A DNA stretch of 64,000 nt from Octopus bimaculoides (Eukaryota), in the NCBI RefSeq assembly GCF_001194135.2, contig NC_068987.1, positions 74,894,865 through 74,958,864 on the forward strand. The letters are read 5' to 3'. Below the pieces are notes generated by a model. It searched no databases, had not been told where the DNA came from, and saw nothing but the letters and a program-made list of their open reading frames with translations. Every line of letters starts with the position of its first letter. Position 1 is the first letter of the stretch. This document shows, in pieces, positions 37,665 to 52,438 of this stretch. The position numbers and the translations under genes were made by a program.

Positions 37665-37805
37665 CAGTTGTTTTAATGTTTCTGTGACCTTGTCACCCTG
37701 TACTTAAGGTACATGACACACTTACTGATATTTTATATGTTATTAAATTTAAGATCTCACAGCACTCCCAACTATTGTTTACAACGCTCTGAGTAGAAAC
37801 CACTG
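37665..37805. mobile_element. Small hAT (Charlie-like) MITE
   Basis: Termini CAGTTGTTTT / GAAACCACTG; imperfect 8-bp TSD atctagag / atctagca resembling the NTCTAGAN target. Confidence 0.55.
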
Positions 37806-38179
37806 ATCTAGCATTACTTTATCCAGTGTGTGTGTGTGTGTGTTAACTCTTTAGCATTCAGGTTACTCTGCCAAATGTAATATTTATTCCCATTGTTTTG
37901 AATTAATCATGCATTATCTTGTAGCTTTGAGATTTTGATGATGTATTTGTTTATTTTTTATAATGCTATTGTAGGGTTTTATGTGAGAGGCTGGATGTGG
38001 CAAGTTTGAACACAGAACAGCTGGACTATTTGGGCCAAATATGGCCAGTTTCAATGCTGAAGGGTTTAAAGTCGAGTAATTTAGGAGCAGATTTGGTTGC
38101 AGTTTCTAGAAACTTGAGTGGTGCCTATGTAGAGGTTTTCTTATCAGCATGTAATGTTGGTGTTGTTCATAGTAGTTGT

Positions 38180-38375
38180 TGTTGCTAACAAAACAAATCA
38201 GCTTTAAGTAGATCTGTGATCAAAGTTATTTTAGAACAAACCAGTCTTTTCAGACGTAATATTACTAAGACTACATTATCAGATGTGTTTCAAGACAGTA
38301 AGGTGCATGATTTGCGAGTGATTTGGCTGCTGTTTTTGCTAGGTTGAGCTACTGACCACATAAAGGCTCTCTTAT
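38180..38375 (+). repeat. Abundant interspersed repeat (family E), representative copy
   Basis: Motif gactacattatc...aagacagtaaggtg..gatttg..gatttggctgct recurs at about 420-605, 1400-1820, 4290-4510, 5320-5480, 6690-6860, 33590-33800, 36110-36480, 39070-39270, 45090-45410, 55730-55900, 61960-62160. Confidence 0.7.
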
Positions 38376-38513
38376 TATCGTGTGTTAGAGTTTTGGTGGT
38401 GTTAGTGGTGATGTTGATGGTCACATTGTGGTATTATCATGAAAAGACGAAAAAAAAAAAGCCTGAAACATAATTTAATCTAACTCTATTTTCTTTCCTT
38501 TCTTATCTTTCAG

Positions 38514-39158
<645 letters not shown>

Positions 39159-39654
39159 TAAAGGAGTGAAAGACAAATTGAATAATACTATAGTCTATGA
39201 TATCTCTTAAAGGACAGGGTGGTACAGGTTGGCAGGTCTGCTCAACCATGGCTGATTTAGGGATAAACAACAATACTCAAGTACATTATATTAACCCATA
39301 TTACACCACACTGCATTACATTACATGATACTACTCATCACGATATATATTATATTACATGCCAAAACATTTCTTACTGCATAGCACAACACTACACACT
39401 ATACCACCCTACAATATATATATATCACATTTCTGTATGTCATAAACATAGCACACTGCATTTACTCAACATCACACTATAACTGTCCATAAAGAAGAAA
39501 GCAAAATATCTTTTACAAAATATTGTGTTATTTTGAATTTAATCAGAATTGTTTTCTTCAGAATATTTCTTTTCACTGTTGGTATATTGCTTCCAATGTT
39601 TTTTCCTATTTTGGAACATGCTTTTTTTCTGTTTGTCTGAAAATAGTAACCTTT

Positions 39655-39950
39655 CATCATCATCATCATCATTTAACATCCGCTTTCCATGCTAGCATGG
39701 GTTGGACTATTTGACTGAGGACTGGTGAACCAGGTGGCTACACCAGGCTCCAATCTGATCTGGCAGAGTTTCTACAGCTGGATGCCCTTCCTAACGCCAA
39801 CCACTCCGAGAGTGTAGTGGGTGCTTTTACGTGCCACCGGCACGAAGGCCAGTCAGGCGGTACTGGCAATGGCCACGCTCAAAATGGTATATTTTGCGTG
39901 CCACCTGCACAGGAGCCAGTCCAGCAGTACTGGCAACGATCTCACTGGAA
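39655..39950 (-). mobile_element. Family D element (intron 1)
   Basis: Closely matches 21813-22100. Confidence 0.85.
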
Positions 39951-42900
39951 TGTTTTTTCGAAAAAGTGCAGGGTATATTTCAACTTTGGGGACAGAAAAA
40001 AGTCTATTTGATCCAAATCCAGATAGTTAGGATAGCTCAGCAACACTAATGTGTTGTTTAAATTTTTAGTTGTGGTGATGGTGATCGAACTCACTGAGAT
40101 GACTGCCTTTTTGTTTTGGCATCTCAGTCTCACACACACGTTTTGTTACCATTAAAGCACTTTCCAGAAAGTTTTCATTAGTTTTCCATTGATCAAATAA
40201 TTTCTGATTGACTGCCACATATCTCTCTTCTTTATTATTGTTAATCTACAAGTAGAAGTGATAAAAATGTTGTGCCATGAGCTTTCATTGATGCCTACTG
40301 CTTAGGAACATTCATGGATTTTCACACACATTTTTGTTATCCCAACCTACAATTTAAAAGCAGATAAGACACACTGGGTAATGTCAAAGATATATGTTTT
40401 GAAAGAGCTAAATCTCACAGCTGAAACATGATCAGAGGTCTGATGGGTCAGAGCTTTAATATTTGTTTATAAAATATGGCTACTTATAGTTGCATGTCAT
40501 GTAATTACAGGAAGTAGTAGTGTATGATAACATAGTGTCATAACTGTGTAGCAACAGGAAATAATATTAAAATGAAATATGCACTGTTTCTCCTCCCTTC
40601 AAAATGGATTGTCATCATCGTAGTGGCAATCAATTTTTATAGTCTTTCAGATAAACAAGAGGAGTTCATATATGGCTTGAACATTGAAATATATCTACAA
40701 CTGATAATGTAGGTGGTTCTGTACTTGGTGTATAGTCGACTTCATCACAAAGTGAAGATTGTCCGTTAGATTATTTTCAGTGCTAGTATATGTTGGGTCT
40801 TATACATTTGATAAAAAATTTCACATCAAGGTTAATAGTTGTTCAACAGCATGAAATGCTGTTGCATGAGTAACCAAAAATTTATAATAGCACCTGCCAG
40901 AAGGTTTAGTATACTAAACCTTCTCTGTGATGAAAATGTGGCATTAATAGTATTTCGTTGTCACAGATGTTTGTGATACCCTAAATTCTGCAGTGAAAGA
41001 TCCAGTCTGTCATTTGAAAAAGTTTGAATTCTGACTTGCACTATAGTGATGGAGGATTGTGCTGGCTGACCAGCCTCACTCTTTCATTCCTGTCTAGACA
41101 AGTGGCAAGGTGGGCCATGGCAACTGCAGATATACCATGGATACAGTGGGATGACTAGAAATGTCTAAGGACATGTCCCACAGCATGTTGTTGGATGTTG
41201 CCTTTTTGTCTGTTGAAAATTGATCATTGATGATTGGATTTTTTCCACTGGAATCCTGTCTTCACATGCATTGGGTGACATGGCCTTGATAGATTTCCCT
41301 GAGTGCTTAATACTAGTTGGCCACTCTCAACTTGGTTTAGCCAACCTAAAATTAGAGAGAGAGGTTTGTATTTTCATGACACTCAGATATCTTGTATTTA
41401 CTGTCATATTTACGCATGCTGTAAGTATATCTGCACCATTGCATTTGCACGGCTACAATGTGTAGAACACCAAAGTAGGTCCCTAAGTAGGAGTTCATCT
41501 TGTAATCTGTGAACAGAGTAAAATTACTACCTTGGGGAGCTTATGTGAAACTTACTTTTATGAAATATTGTAGATAAAGCTTCCTGCATGATGATTTCTA
41601 TATATATATATTTTTTTTCTTCTTTGCACTTAGTGTCCTTGAGGCAAATGCAGTAGATTTTTCTTTACTATGGTAATATATGTGACAATATCACATACAA
41701 GCTATATTTAGAAACATCACAAGCAAGTATAATTGCTAGGTTGACAACATATCATGTCAAGGCATGATCTATAATGAGCATTTTTTTTTTACTTGTTGAA
41801 AGGTTTGCTCATATTCCTGAGTTTATGTCTAAGACCTAAGTTTTTCTAACAATTAATGATGTGGGCGTTAGGTGCTATCTATGTTAGTCAAAAAATTTCT
41901 AATAATAGTTCACTAGCCCTAGAAAAGACTAGTTCATTGACACAGCTCTGATCTTGTTCTTCATTTGGTCCAGCCCCCTTCAGTTTATATGATGACCAAG
42001 GTAAATAGTAGATGACAGTATTAAAAGCACATTTATTTTAATTTATTCTCGTTTCATGATTTGGTTAAAGCTCTAAAACAATTTCAAGTGTAGTGGGATG
42101 TGTAGAACGGTCCTTCCCTGTAATGAAAATGCCATCTTAATTGCATAACACATGGTTGGAGTTGCAAGTGCAAGTTTCTCCTCAAGGTATGAAGTGAACA
42201 GGACTATCGGGACTTAGGAAGGGGCATCCAGCTACGGAAACCATTCCAAAACAGAATCTGGAGCACAGTGCAGCCCTTGGAGCTATCAAATCCTATCAAA
42301 CTGTCCAACCTAAGCCAGCATGGAACATAGATGTTAAATGATGATGATGATGATTAGAAATTCCATATAATGCATTATCTATTACCTATTGATATGTAGA
42401 ATGGACAGAGGCAATTTCCATAGGAAAACCCAGTAGATTGTGATGGTAGCAGTATTTGGATTCACATCTTTTTCAGTCTGTTCCATATTTCTGACGAGCC
42501 TAATAGTTTGTGCTACTGTGGGTGATTGACTTCAAACAATTTTTTGGTAATATCGGAAAATTTTCTGTGTTCCAATCAGTCATTATAATGTTCCGAAACA
42601 TGTTTTAAATGTTAAAAACAGACATTCTCTCCTGGTTATTTACTACACTGATCAAAAAGGCTATGTTTCTGCAACTTCCAGTGAGGAGTGGAAGAGTGCT
42701 ATTTAGATTTTGAGTAATGCATTAATTTGAGGCTCTTTTGTCCTTTGGCTTGGTTAGAACATTTAGATTACATAATAGGATGTACATTTAAGCACCTGTC
42801 AGAGTAAGAAAATGTGTTGCTTTTTGTCCTCAACAAAGTAATTTGTTTCACTATACTTGTCAAAACATTCCAAATAAGATTGATATAATTCAGTGGATTC

Positions 42901-43339
42901 TTCATTGTTATCATCATCATCATCCTGTTCACCAACCATCGCCTGTTTCCTAGTAAGATAGCACTTACCCATGATCAGACATGCTTTCACAGAATATTGA
43001 AAATGAATGACACTGCTTGTATGACAGTGGCATTCATTTACAACTATCACACTATATCAAGACAAGGAGACAAACATTTACATACACACAAAATGGGCTT
43101 CTTTCAGTTTCCGTCTTCTAAATCCACTCACAAGTCTTTGGTCAGCCTGGGTTTATATATAGTAGAATACATTTAGTTGCCCAAGATGCCAGTGAATCTG
43201 GAACCACGTGGTTGGGAAACAAACTTGTTAACCACATAACCATATCTATGCCTATATCCATATGTATTTCCATGGCTGGTATAGCAAACTATGAATTTGC
43301 TATACTACGGTATTTGTTTTAATGGCCAAGAACCATTAA

Positions 43340-44685
43340 CATTTAATGTCCGTTGTCCATGCTAGCATGGGTTAGATGGTTTGACTGAGGTTGGCAAGCT
43401 GGAAGGCTGCACCAGACTCCAATCTGATTTGGTATGGTTTTTACAGCTGGATGCCCTTCCTAACACCAACTACTCCAAGAGTGTAATGGGTGTTTTCATG
43501 TGCCACCGGCACGGGTGCCATTTGCATGACACCAGTGTCTGCTATGACTGATTTTGCTTGGCTTGATGGGTCTTCTCAAGCACAACATAACGCCAAAGAT
43601 CTCAGTCATTGCTTCCATGAGACCCAATACTCGAAAGGAGCTCAGCCACTTTGCCTCCATGTGGGCCAACCCTTGAAAGGTGCTTTTTACGTGCCACTGG
43701 CATGACACCAGCATCGGCTATGACAATAATTTCACTTGGCGGGTCTTCTCAAGCGCAGCATATTGCCAAAGGTCTCGGTCACAAGTCATTGCCTCTGTGA
43801 GGCCCAAAGTTCAAAGATCATGCTTCATCACCTCATCCCATGTCTTCCTGGGTCTATCTCTTCCACAGGTTCTCTCCACAGTTAGAGATTGGTACTTCTT
43901 TACACAGTTGTCCTCGTCCATACACATCACATGGCCATACCAGCACAGTCATCTCTCTTGCACACCACATCTGATGCATCTTATGCCTTACATTTCTCAC
44001 AAGATGCTTACACTCTGTCGAACATGCACACTGACATTGCACATCCAGCGAAGCATAATGGCTTCATTTCTTTCAAGCGTCATGTTTCACTGCCATGCAG
44101 CATGGCTGTTCGCACACAGGCATCATACAATCTGCCTTTCATTCTGAGGGAGAGGCCCTTGATTGTCAGCAGGGGTAGGAGCTCTCTAAACTTTGCTCAG
44201 CTTAATCTTATTCTCACAGCTACGCTCTCGGAACAACCACCTCCACTACTAACCTGGTCAACGAGATAACAGAAGTTATCTGCTACCTCTAGCTTACCTC
44301 CCTGGCAGTTTTCTGTATATTTTCGGTGTTTATTGTACTTGTGCATCTTGCACATATAAAAGCTATTTTCCCTGTTAACCTTCCTCTGATATTGCTGCAC
44401 CTTTAATATGTCCAAAGCTTACACTGGTGCATCTTATAGAATTTCTACCTACACCTTTTCTACAGATCAAGCAGAGCCATCTACCTGAAGGGATTTATGA
44501 TTTTTCTGCCTTCCTACTTACTAAGACTTTGGTTTTTGCTAGTTTAACTCTAAGGCTCCCTCCCAGGGGCAGCCTGTCTTAAATTCCTGTTATTGCCTGG
44601 AGGATTATGATGAACAAGAGGGGGCTGAGCACTGATCCTTGGTGAACCCCTACTTGTACATTGAATTCTTCACTATACTTGTTGA
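43340..44685 (-). mobile_element. RTE-clade LINE 3' fragment with 3' tail (TMEM259 intron 1, antisense)
   Basis: Nucleotide similarity to 12780-14480 (aggtcatgcttcatcacctcatcccatgtcttcctggg etc.) with deletions, contiguous with the same tail as 21813-22165. Confidence 0.88.
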
Positions 44686-45459
44686 ACCAGATTTATAAAT
44701 TTATGTCTTACTTGTACCGTGTGTATCCTGATTTTTAGAATAAGTATGTCATATACCTGCATTTTGTAAGAGGTAGCTAAAAGGGTTGGTATCAAGAATG
44801 GCATTTGGATCATAAACCACTTCTCCAAAAAGGCTTGCTCGTTCCATGCCGGTATAGAAAATCAGAAGTAAAAACAATGTTAGTATGATAATAACTATAT
44901 GTTTTACCTATAGATTCATCTATGAATTTATCTCATTTTTGTTTCCAATAAGGCCTGACTTAAAACTAAACAAAACCAAATCATATTATGCTATGCTGCA
45001 CCTCAGTGCACCACTATAAATTATACCATAACACACTAGCCTATATTGCACATGATGATATCAAATTGATATGGTTGCATCCATGCAGTTACCTTATCTG
45101 CTAGAAATGGCAGCCAATCCTTTTTCAACTAAACTCCACCATCTTAAAAAACGAAAGGAGACATTAGATAATGTGGTTCTAGTCATGCTGTCATCGTTTC
45201 CTTAATGTCAATTTTTTTTTGTCTGTATTTTTATATAGTCAGAGACCCATCATCAAAAGCTTTTCTGCTTTTCATCCTATCGTTTTTATTTATTTTTTTA
45301 CAGTATAGTGTCTGTGTTCTTCCTTTTTAAGACTGTAGAATCTGATTTGTAGAAAATTTGACTGCTATTCCTAGCAGATTAAGGGAATTGCTTTGAGTCT
45401 CCCTCATAGCTTAACAATGTGTCTGTTATTAGAGGTATCTTCTGCATAACTGTACTTTA

Positions 45460-45848
45460 GGTGCAGGAGTGGCTGTGTGGTAAGTAGCTTGCTTACGAAC
45501 CACATGGTTCCAGGTTCATTCCCACTGCGTGGCACCTTGGGCAAGTGTCTTCTACTATAGCCTTGGGCCGACGAATGCTATGTGAGTGGATTTGGTAGAC
45601 GGAAACTGAAAGAAGCCCATTGTATATATATGTGTGTGTGTGTGTATGTTTGTGTGTCTGTGTTTGTCCCCCCAACATCGCTTGACAGCCAACGTTGGTG
45701 TGTTTTCTTCCCCATAACATAGTGGTTTGGCAAAAGAGACCGATAGAATAAGTACTAGGCTTACAAAGAATAAGTCCTGGGGTCGATTTGCTTGACTAAA
45801 GGCGGTGCTCCAGCATGGCCACAGTCAAATGACTGAAACAAGTAAAAG
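45460..45848 (+). mobile_element. tRNA-derived SINE (family A), near full length
   Basis: Head ggagtggctgtgtggtaagtagcttgc...ggttcattcccactgcgtggcacc; internal (TG)n. Partial copies at about 5960-6120, 18270-18430, 19640-19870, 28430-29040, 35500-35645, 43080-43250, 48240-48396, 49600-49750, 52140-52290, 52820-53000. Confidence 0.88.
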
Positions 45849-46325
45849 TGTATATAGTTTAGGTCAAAAATTTTGCATGTATTTGGTAAAATATTTTAAT
45901 TGATGTCACTCCAGTATATTATTGTTTATAATAATTATGAAGTGATTTATTTCTCACATTTTTGAATCAGGATTTTATTCATTTTCTGTTCCTGTTGTTG
46001 TGTAGTAGTAAGTGCCAATTGAGTACTGAGATTGATTTAGCTGACTGTTTCCTTCTCGGAATTTCTGACCTTGTGCCTGTGTTCATAAGTATTTTTATTA
46101 TTAGAGTGGTAGAGAGAGCAGAATTAGAAGCAAGCTAGACAAAACAACTTTTATATTTTTAGTTACATACTTTTACATTCAAGTTCAACTCTTACTCAGA
46201 TCTTTCATCTTTCTGGGGTTAAAATGAAGAATTGATCTAGTCAACTATATAACCCTCCCACTCAAATATTTGTGGTATTATGCCTCTTTTAGAAATTATT
46301 ATTGTTATTATCTATATTATCCATG

Positions 46326-46715
46326 GTGGAGGCGCAATGGCCCAGTGGTTAGGGTAGCGGGCTCGTGGTCATAGGATCACGGTTTTGATTCCCAGACCGG
46401 GCGGTGTGAGTGTTTATTGAGCAAAAACACCTAAAGCTCCACGAGGCTCCGGCAGGGGATGGTGGCGAATCCTGCTGTACTCTTTCACCACAACTTTCTC
46501 TCACTCTTACTTCTTGTTTCTGTTGTGCCTGTAATTCAAAGGGTCAGCCTTGTCACACTGTGTCACGCTGAATATCCCCGAGAACTACGTAAAGGGTACA
46601 CGTGTCTGTGGAGTGCTCAGACACTTGCACGTTAATTTCATGAGCAGGCTGTTCCGTTGATCGGATCAACTGGAACCCTCGACGTCGTAAGCGACGGAGT
46701 GCCAACAATAACAAC
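46326..46715 (+). mobile_element. tRNA-derived SINE (family B), full length, 12-bp TSD
   Basis: Closely matches 7780-8160; (AAC)n tail; TSD atattatccatg at 46314-46325 and 46716-46727. Confidence 0.92.
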
Positions 46716-48239
46716 ATATTATCCATGTTATGAGAACTTCATCAAGGGTTTTCTTTCCTGCATAAACTGTTTTAAAAATTTTACATAGAAATGTCGAAGG
46801 TGAACAAATGCTGTGTGAGAATGCCTTAACAACATTTACATATTCTAATACTACTATTTTCTGAATGTGCTTGCATTTATTCTTTCAGACAATTTGCTGA
46901 AATGCTTGTGTATATCATTCAGTTTTGTCCTAAGTAGAAATGTTAATTGTAAAAACTTCTTTTTTTTTAATAATTCAAAGGCCAATTCAATATATAATTC
47001 AATATATAGTTAGTATTGCACAACATTGTAGTAATTTGATATTGTAACATTGATTATTAATATACTACTGTCATGGGAAATGTTATCTGACATTTTCTTT
47101 GGCCCTTGGGTCTCATGAGATCATAGATCTGCACCTGTCAAGTTTCTTTCCAATGCACAGGCATGTTTTTGTACCTTCTCCATACCACTGATGTTGTTCA
47201 AGAAAAATGGCAAAGACTAGTGTTGTTATAAAGCATTGCCATCAGAATACAAAGAGCAAGAATAGATATATCAAAGCACTGCTATTTCCATTAATCCACT
47301 GTCCTGGATCGCTACTTTGTATATAGACCATGAAAGGATTAAAAAGGTAAAGTTAACTTTGCTAGGATTTAAATTCAGAGCATAGAGAATAAGAAAAAGA
47401 TACTGCAAGGCATTTTATCATAATAATTAGGGCCATGGAGGGTAGAAACAGTAAAGAAGGGACAAATTATCATGTATTTTCAAGATCAGTTTCACTTTAT
47501 CTTTTATCTTAGGAGTTGTAATAAAATGAGTATTGGGTCAATACAGTCAACTACATTTACATTCTCACTAGTGTCATAGTAATTTATTGTTTCTATGTTT
47601 TTTTTTTCAATTCATCTGGAGCAGAGATAAAGAACCCCATCTCCACCTATGGACAAACTTTCATTTACATTCAGATTTGAACCTTACCCACTAACAATGT
47701 CTTTAAAAGTCATAGTTTGGTCTATAAGACCAAAATAGTAATTTAATATAAGTTGCTTTCACTAACCCATAAGGCATAAAGCAATTTTTGTTAGCTTGAA
47801 TGTATGTTTTGTGACATTAATCATGAACAGAGTATATAGGAATTAATGATGTAAAAGTCATTTTTATTACAGCGAATTAACATTTAGCATTTATTTTTTA
47901 CTCTAGGGCATTAATTTTGTCTTGTGTACTTACAGTGGGAATGAATAGTCAGTGTGAATTTATGTTCATTGCTTGTTGTACCATTTACAATAATTTTGAA
48001 TGCTGTCAGCATTTATTGTTCATTTATGCTAAATATTTTAAGTCAATGCATAAAAGTTAATCCTTTCTGCAATGACTAGTGTTAATAAAAGAAAATAAGG
48101 ATGCTGCAAAAGTTCTTTGATGAAAAGATAGACAATATTTAATTTTCATACAAGTAAATAGAAAATGTGTGTTTCTGTGTTCTTTGTAAATATTTAGTTA
48201 TAGTTTATAAAAAGTACAATTTTGACCAAACAAGCAATA

Positions 48240-48396
48240 TACTTCTTTCAGTTTCTGTCTACCAAATCCACTCACAAGGCTTTGGCCGGCCCGAGCCTAT
48301 ATTAGAAGACACTTGCCCAAGGTGCCACGCAGTGGGAATGAACCCGGAACCATGTGGTTGGTAAGCAAGCTACTTACCACACAGCTACTCCTGCAT
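48240..48396 (-). mobile_element. Family A SINE 5' half
   Basis: Reverse complement of 45460-45615. Confidence 0.85.
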
Positions 48397-50019
48397 CTAG
48401 AGATGCAAAAATTTTGCTAGAGATGCAAAAAATTTTTTGAGGTTAAACTAACCGTAAGATAATTTAGTTTACCCTATGAAAATATTTGCAGTGTATTTAG
48501 ATGGGCCAATTTTGGAAGAATCTAGAAAGAAAAAAAAACTTGTTTTAATTAGAATGAATTGTTGAACTACTAACTGGTTTCTGATACTTAATAGTGTGTC
48601 ATTACTTTATTCACCAACATTGGGCATAATTTCAAAGAATGAACAGTGTGATGAATGTGGTAATATACTGTATTAACTTCACACTAAATAAGAGATTACC
48701 CAGCAAATTAAAGAGAATTTACAGAAATTTTGAAGGACCTTAAAGCTGAGCATAGTGATCTATCATACTGCTGTGAGGTTTGCTGCCCAAGCAAAGGATA
48801 CGTGCACAGTGGCTTCTATGAAGTGAAAGTCTTCATGAATGTTAAAAGCATTCTCATTATGGAATCAGAAAACCAAAAATGTTATGTGACTTGTCATTAT
48901 TTTTGGCCATTACCACTAACCATGTAATTCTCTTAAACTTAGTAATATAAGGGTCAAATCCCTTTATTTCTTTTCTTTGTGTCAATATCAAGAGCTTTGA
49001 ATCAGTGTTGCTGCTGCTGCTTCATAAGTTGGCTACGAAAACACTTATATTTTCCAACACTGAAAGAACAAAAACCATATATGATGTTGGTGTATGCTAC
49101 AGAGTATTTCAATTTTATTGGATCAATTTCAAAAGAGGTTTCAATATTTACAAAATCATGAACTAGAAGAATGAATATGCAAAACTCTTTGATGCAGTGC
49201 CAGATAATGATTCTGATTCCTTACAATTTAAGTTAATTTACAATTAGATTATACTTAGATATATAAATTTAGTTTATGTATTTTGAAATGTTATAAATTG
49301 CCTATAGATGTAATTGATAAATTTTCACTTTGAGTAATCAGCGTCGTTGTTATCATTGTTTTAACATCCATTTTTCCGTGCTTGCATCAGTCAGACAGAA
49401 TTTGTTGAGACAAATTTTCTACAGTTGGATACCCTTCTTACTGCCAACCTTCATATGTTTCCTAGCAAGGTAATATTTCCCCTATGAGTGGATATGTTTA
49501 CATGGAAGATTGGGAATGAATGATACTGCTTATGCAACGGTAACACTCCTTTACAACTCTCATGTGATCTCAAGATAATGCAGCACAAACACACACACGC
49601 ATACTACAATGAGCTTCTTTCAGTTTCCATCTACCAAATCTACTGACAGGGCTTTGGCCAACTTGGAGCTATAGTAGAAGATACTTACCCAAGGTACTAT
49701 GTAGTGGAACTAAACCTAACATCATGTGACTGAGAATCAAACTTTTTAACCCCCATATCCCTCATACTGATACCAACAGTTTGTCTCAACATAAAATTTC
49801 CCCCAAAATCACTTGGCTTAATCTTGCATACCAACAAAGAATTACCACTACATCAATCCCATTATCATCATCTCAGCTTTCCAAAGCAAATTAGAGCAAA
49901 CATTCTCAATAAAAATTTAATTAAATTTAAAATGTTAATCTGTATGGCATCTTTGAGATTTCAATATTTAAAGCATTATGCCTATCTGATAATGCATTAC
50001 CATATCTTAATTAATCTTG

Positions 50020-50278
50020 CTGAGTGCAAGTGGCATGTAAAAAACACCATTTTGAGTGTGGCCGTTGCCAGTACCACCTGACTGGCTTTCGTGCCAGTGG
50101 CATGTAAAAGCCCCCACTACACTCTCGGAGTGGTTGGCATTAGGAAGGGCATCCAGCGGTAGAAACTCTGCCAAATCAGATTGGAGCCTGGTGTAGCCAT
50201 CTGGTTCACCAGTCCTCAGTCAAATCGTCCAACCCATGCTAGCATGGAAGGCAGACGTTAAACGACAACGATGATGAG
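50020..50278 (+). mobile_element. Family D element (intron 1, opposite orientation)
   Basis: Reverse complement of about 39660-39915. Older copies at about 19930-20160, 32280-32530, 35270-35520, 42160-42355, 49350-49620, 53770-53960. Confidence 0.85.
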
Positions 50279-50756
50279 TATTAAGACATACATATCTTCG
50301 AATTTCTAAAATCAAAATTTAATTAATTTTTTTTTCAGCCCAGATACAGCACTGTCTCCTGCAGCTTCTTTTGCAATTACTAGTTCTAAAAAAAACAAAA
50401 AACATGTCCACTTCTGGTCTAAAAGGTCCAGTTAGACTTCTCTAGATTAAGAAGTACTGTGGTGCTTCTTAAGAGTAATTATAATTGATTTTCATATCTT
50501 TTCATGCAAATAGTCTTTTGTTGTAATTTAAGGTAATCTGCAACACGCTATCTTGGCCATCTTTACTGCCATCTTCTGCATCATTCCTAATAAAAATTTT
50601 AATGGAATAATAGCATAAGGTGAAAAAACAACACAAATATCTTCAATACCACCATCTCTGTCATCATCACAGCCATGATTGTTATCCTTTCCACCTCTCT
50701 CTTCCTTGATTATATATATATAAATTTTTAATATAATTTTGTTTTTCTTTCTCTAG

Positions 50757-51323
<567 letters not shown>

Positions 51324-52294
51324 TGATGTGTTCCCCTCCTTGTATGTCACAATTCCTGGCATATGCAACAAACGCAATGGCTGCGAGTTTAAGGGGCTGG
51401 ACTATTGACTGCTTGATCATGAGTTCAGTTCTTACTGCAGCTGTTGTGTTGTACACCTAAGCAAAATGCATGTTTTCGTTTGCATACTTTTTACTCTTTT
51501 ACCAGTTTCAGTCACTGGAGTGTTGCCATGCTGGAGCACTGCTTTCAATGGCTTAGTTGATCATATCAACCCCAGTACTTATTTTTAAATCTTGTACTTC
51601 TTTTATCAACCTTTTTTTGTCAAACCACTAAGTTACAGGATATAAATGAAGACACACACACACACACACACACACACTCACTCTCATAACAGGGTTCAGT
51701 AAGAGACATTTTCCTGAAATGCTACATGCTGGGATTGAACCTAAAACTATGTGGTTGTAATGGAGACTTTTTAGCCACATTGCCAAATTGACAAAGCCAC
51801 AATCTAATGGATAAAAAAGAAAAGGGTTCTCTCTCACCCAGGCTTCACAGTATACATTTAGATGGTTTGAAAGACAATCAGCTGTAAAAGATATTGCTAG
51901 CATAAAAGCATATCTCCCTTTCATATAAGCATATTTATAAAAAATAAAGTAGAGTCCTAAATGTGGCAATGCTTCAAGCGTTTTGAGTCAGTCATATCAA
52001 CCCTGGTACTTACTTCAGTCTGGTATTTATCTTATTGAATAGCTAAGTACCTTTCTTTTGACACAATGCTAGTTTTTAACAACTGGTATTGTTGAATCAA
52101 ATACACACACACACACACACACAGAGTACATTAGGATTCTATTCAGTTTCTATCGACCAAATTCTGCTCAAAATATATTTGTCAACTTGAGACTATAGTG
52201 GAAATACTTGACTAAGGTGCTACATGATAGACTAAAACCAGGAGTCATGTAGTTGCAAAGTAAATTTCTTAACCTCATAGCTATGCCTCTTCCT

Positions 52295-52391
52295 ATATGT
52301 GTATATATATATGTGTATATATATATGTGTATATATATATGTGTATATATATATGTGTATATATATATGTGTATATATATATGTGTATATA

Positions 52392-52430
<39 letters not shown>
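52295..52430. repeat. 14-bp minisatellite (ATGTGTATATATAT)n grading into (TA)n
   Basis: About seven tandem units visible. Confidence 0.9.
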
Positions 52431-52438
<8 letters not shown>

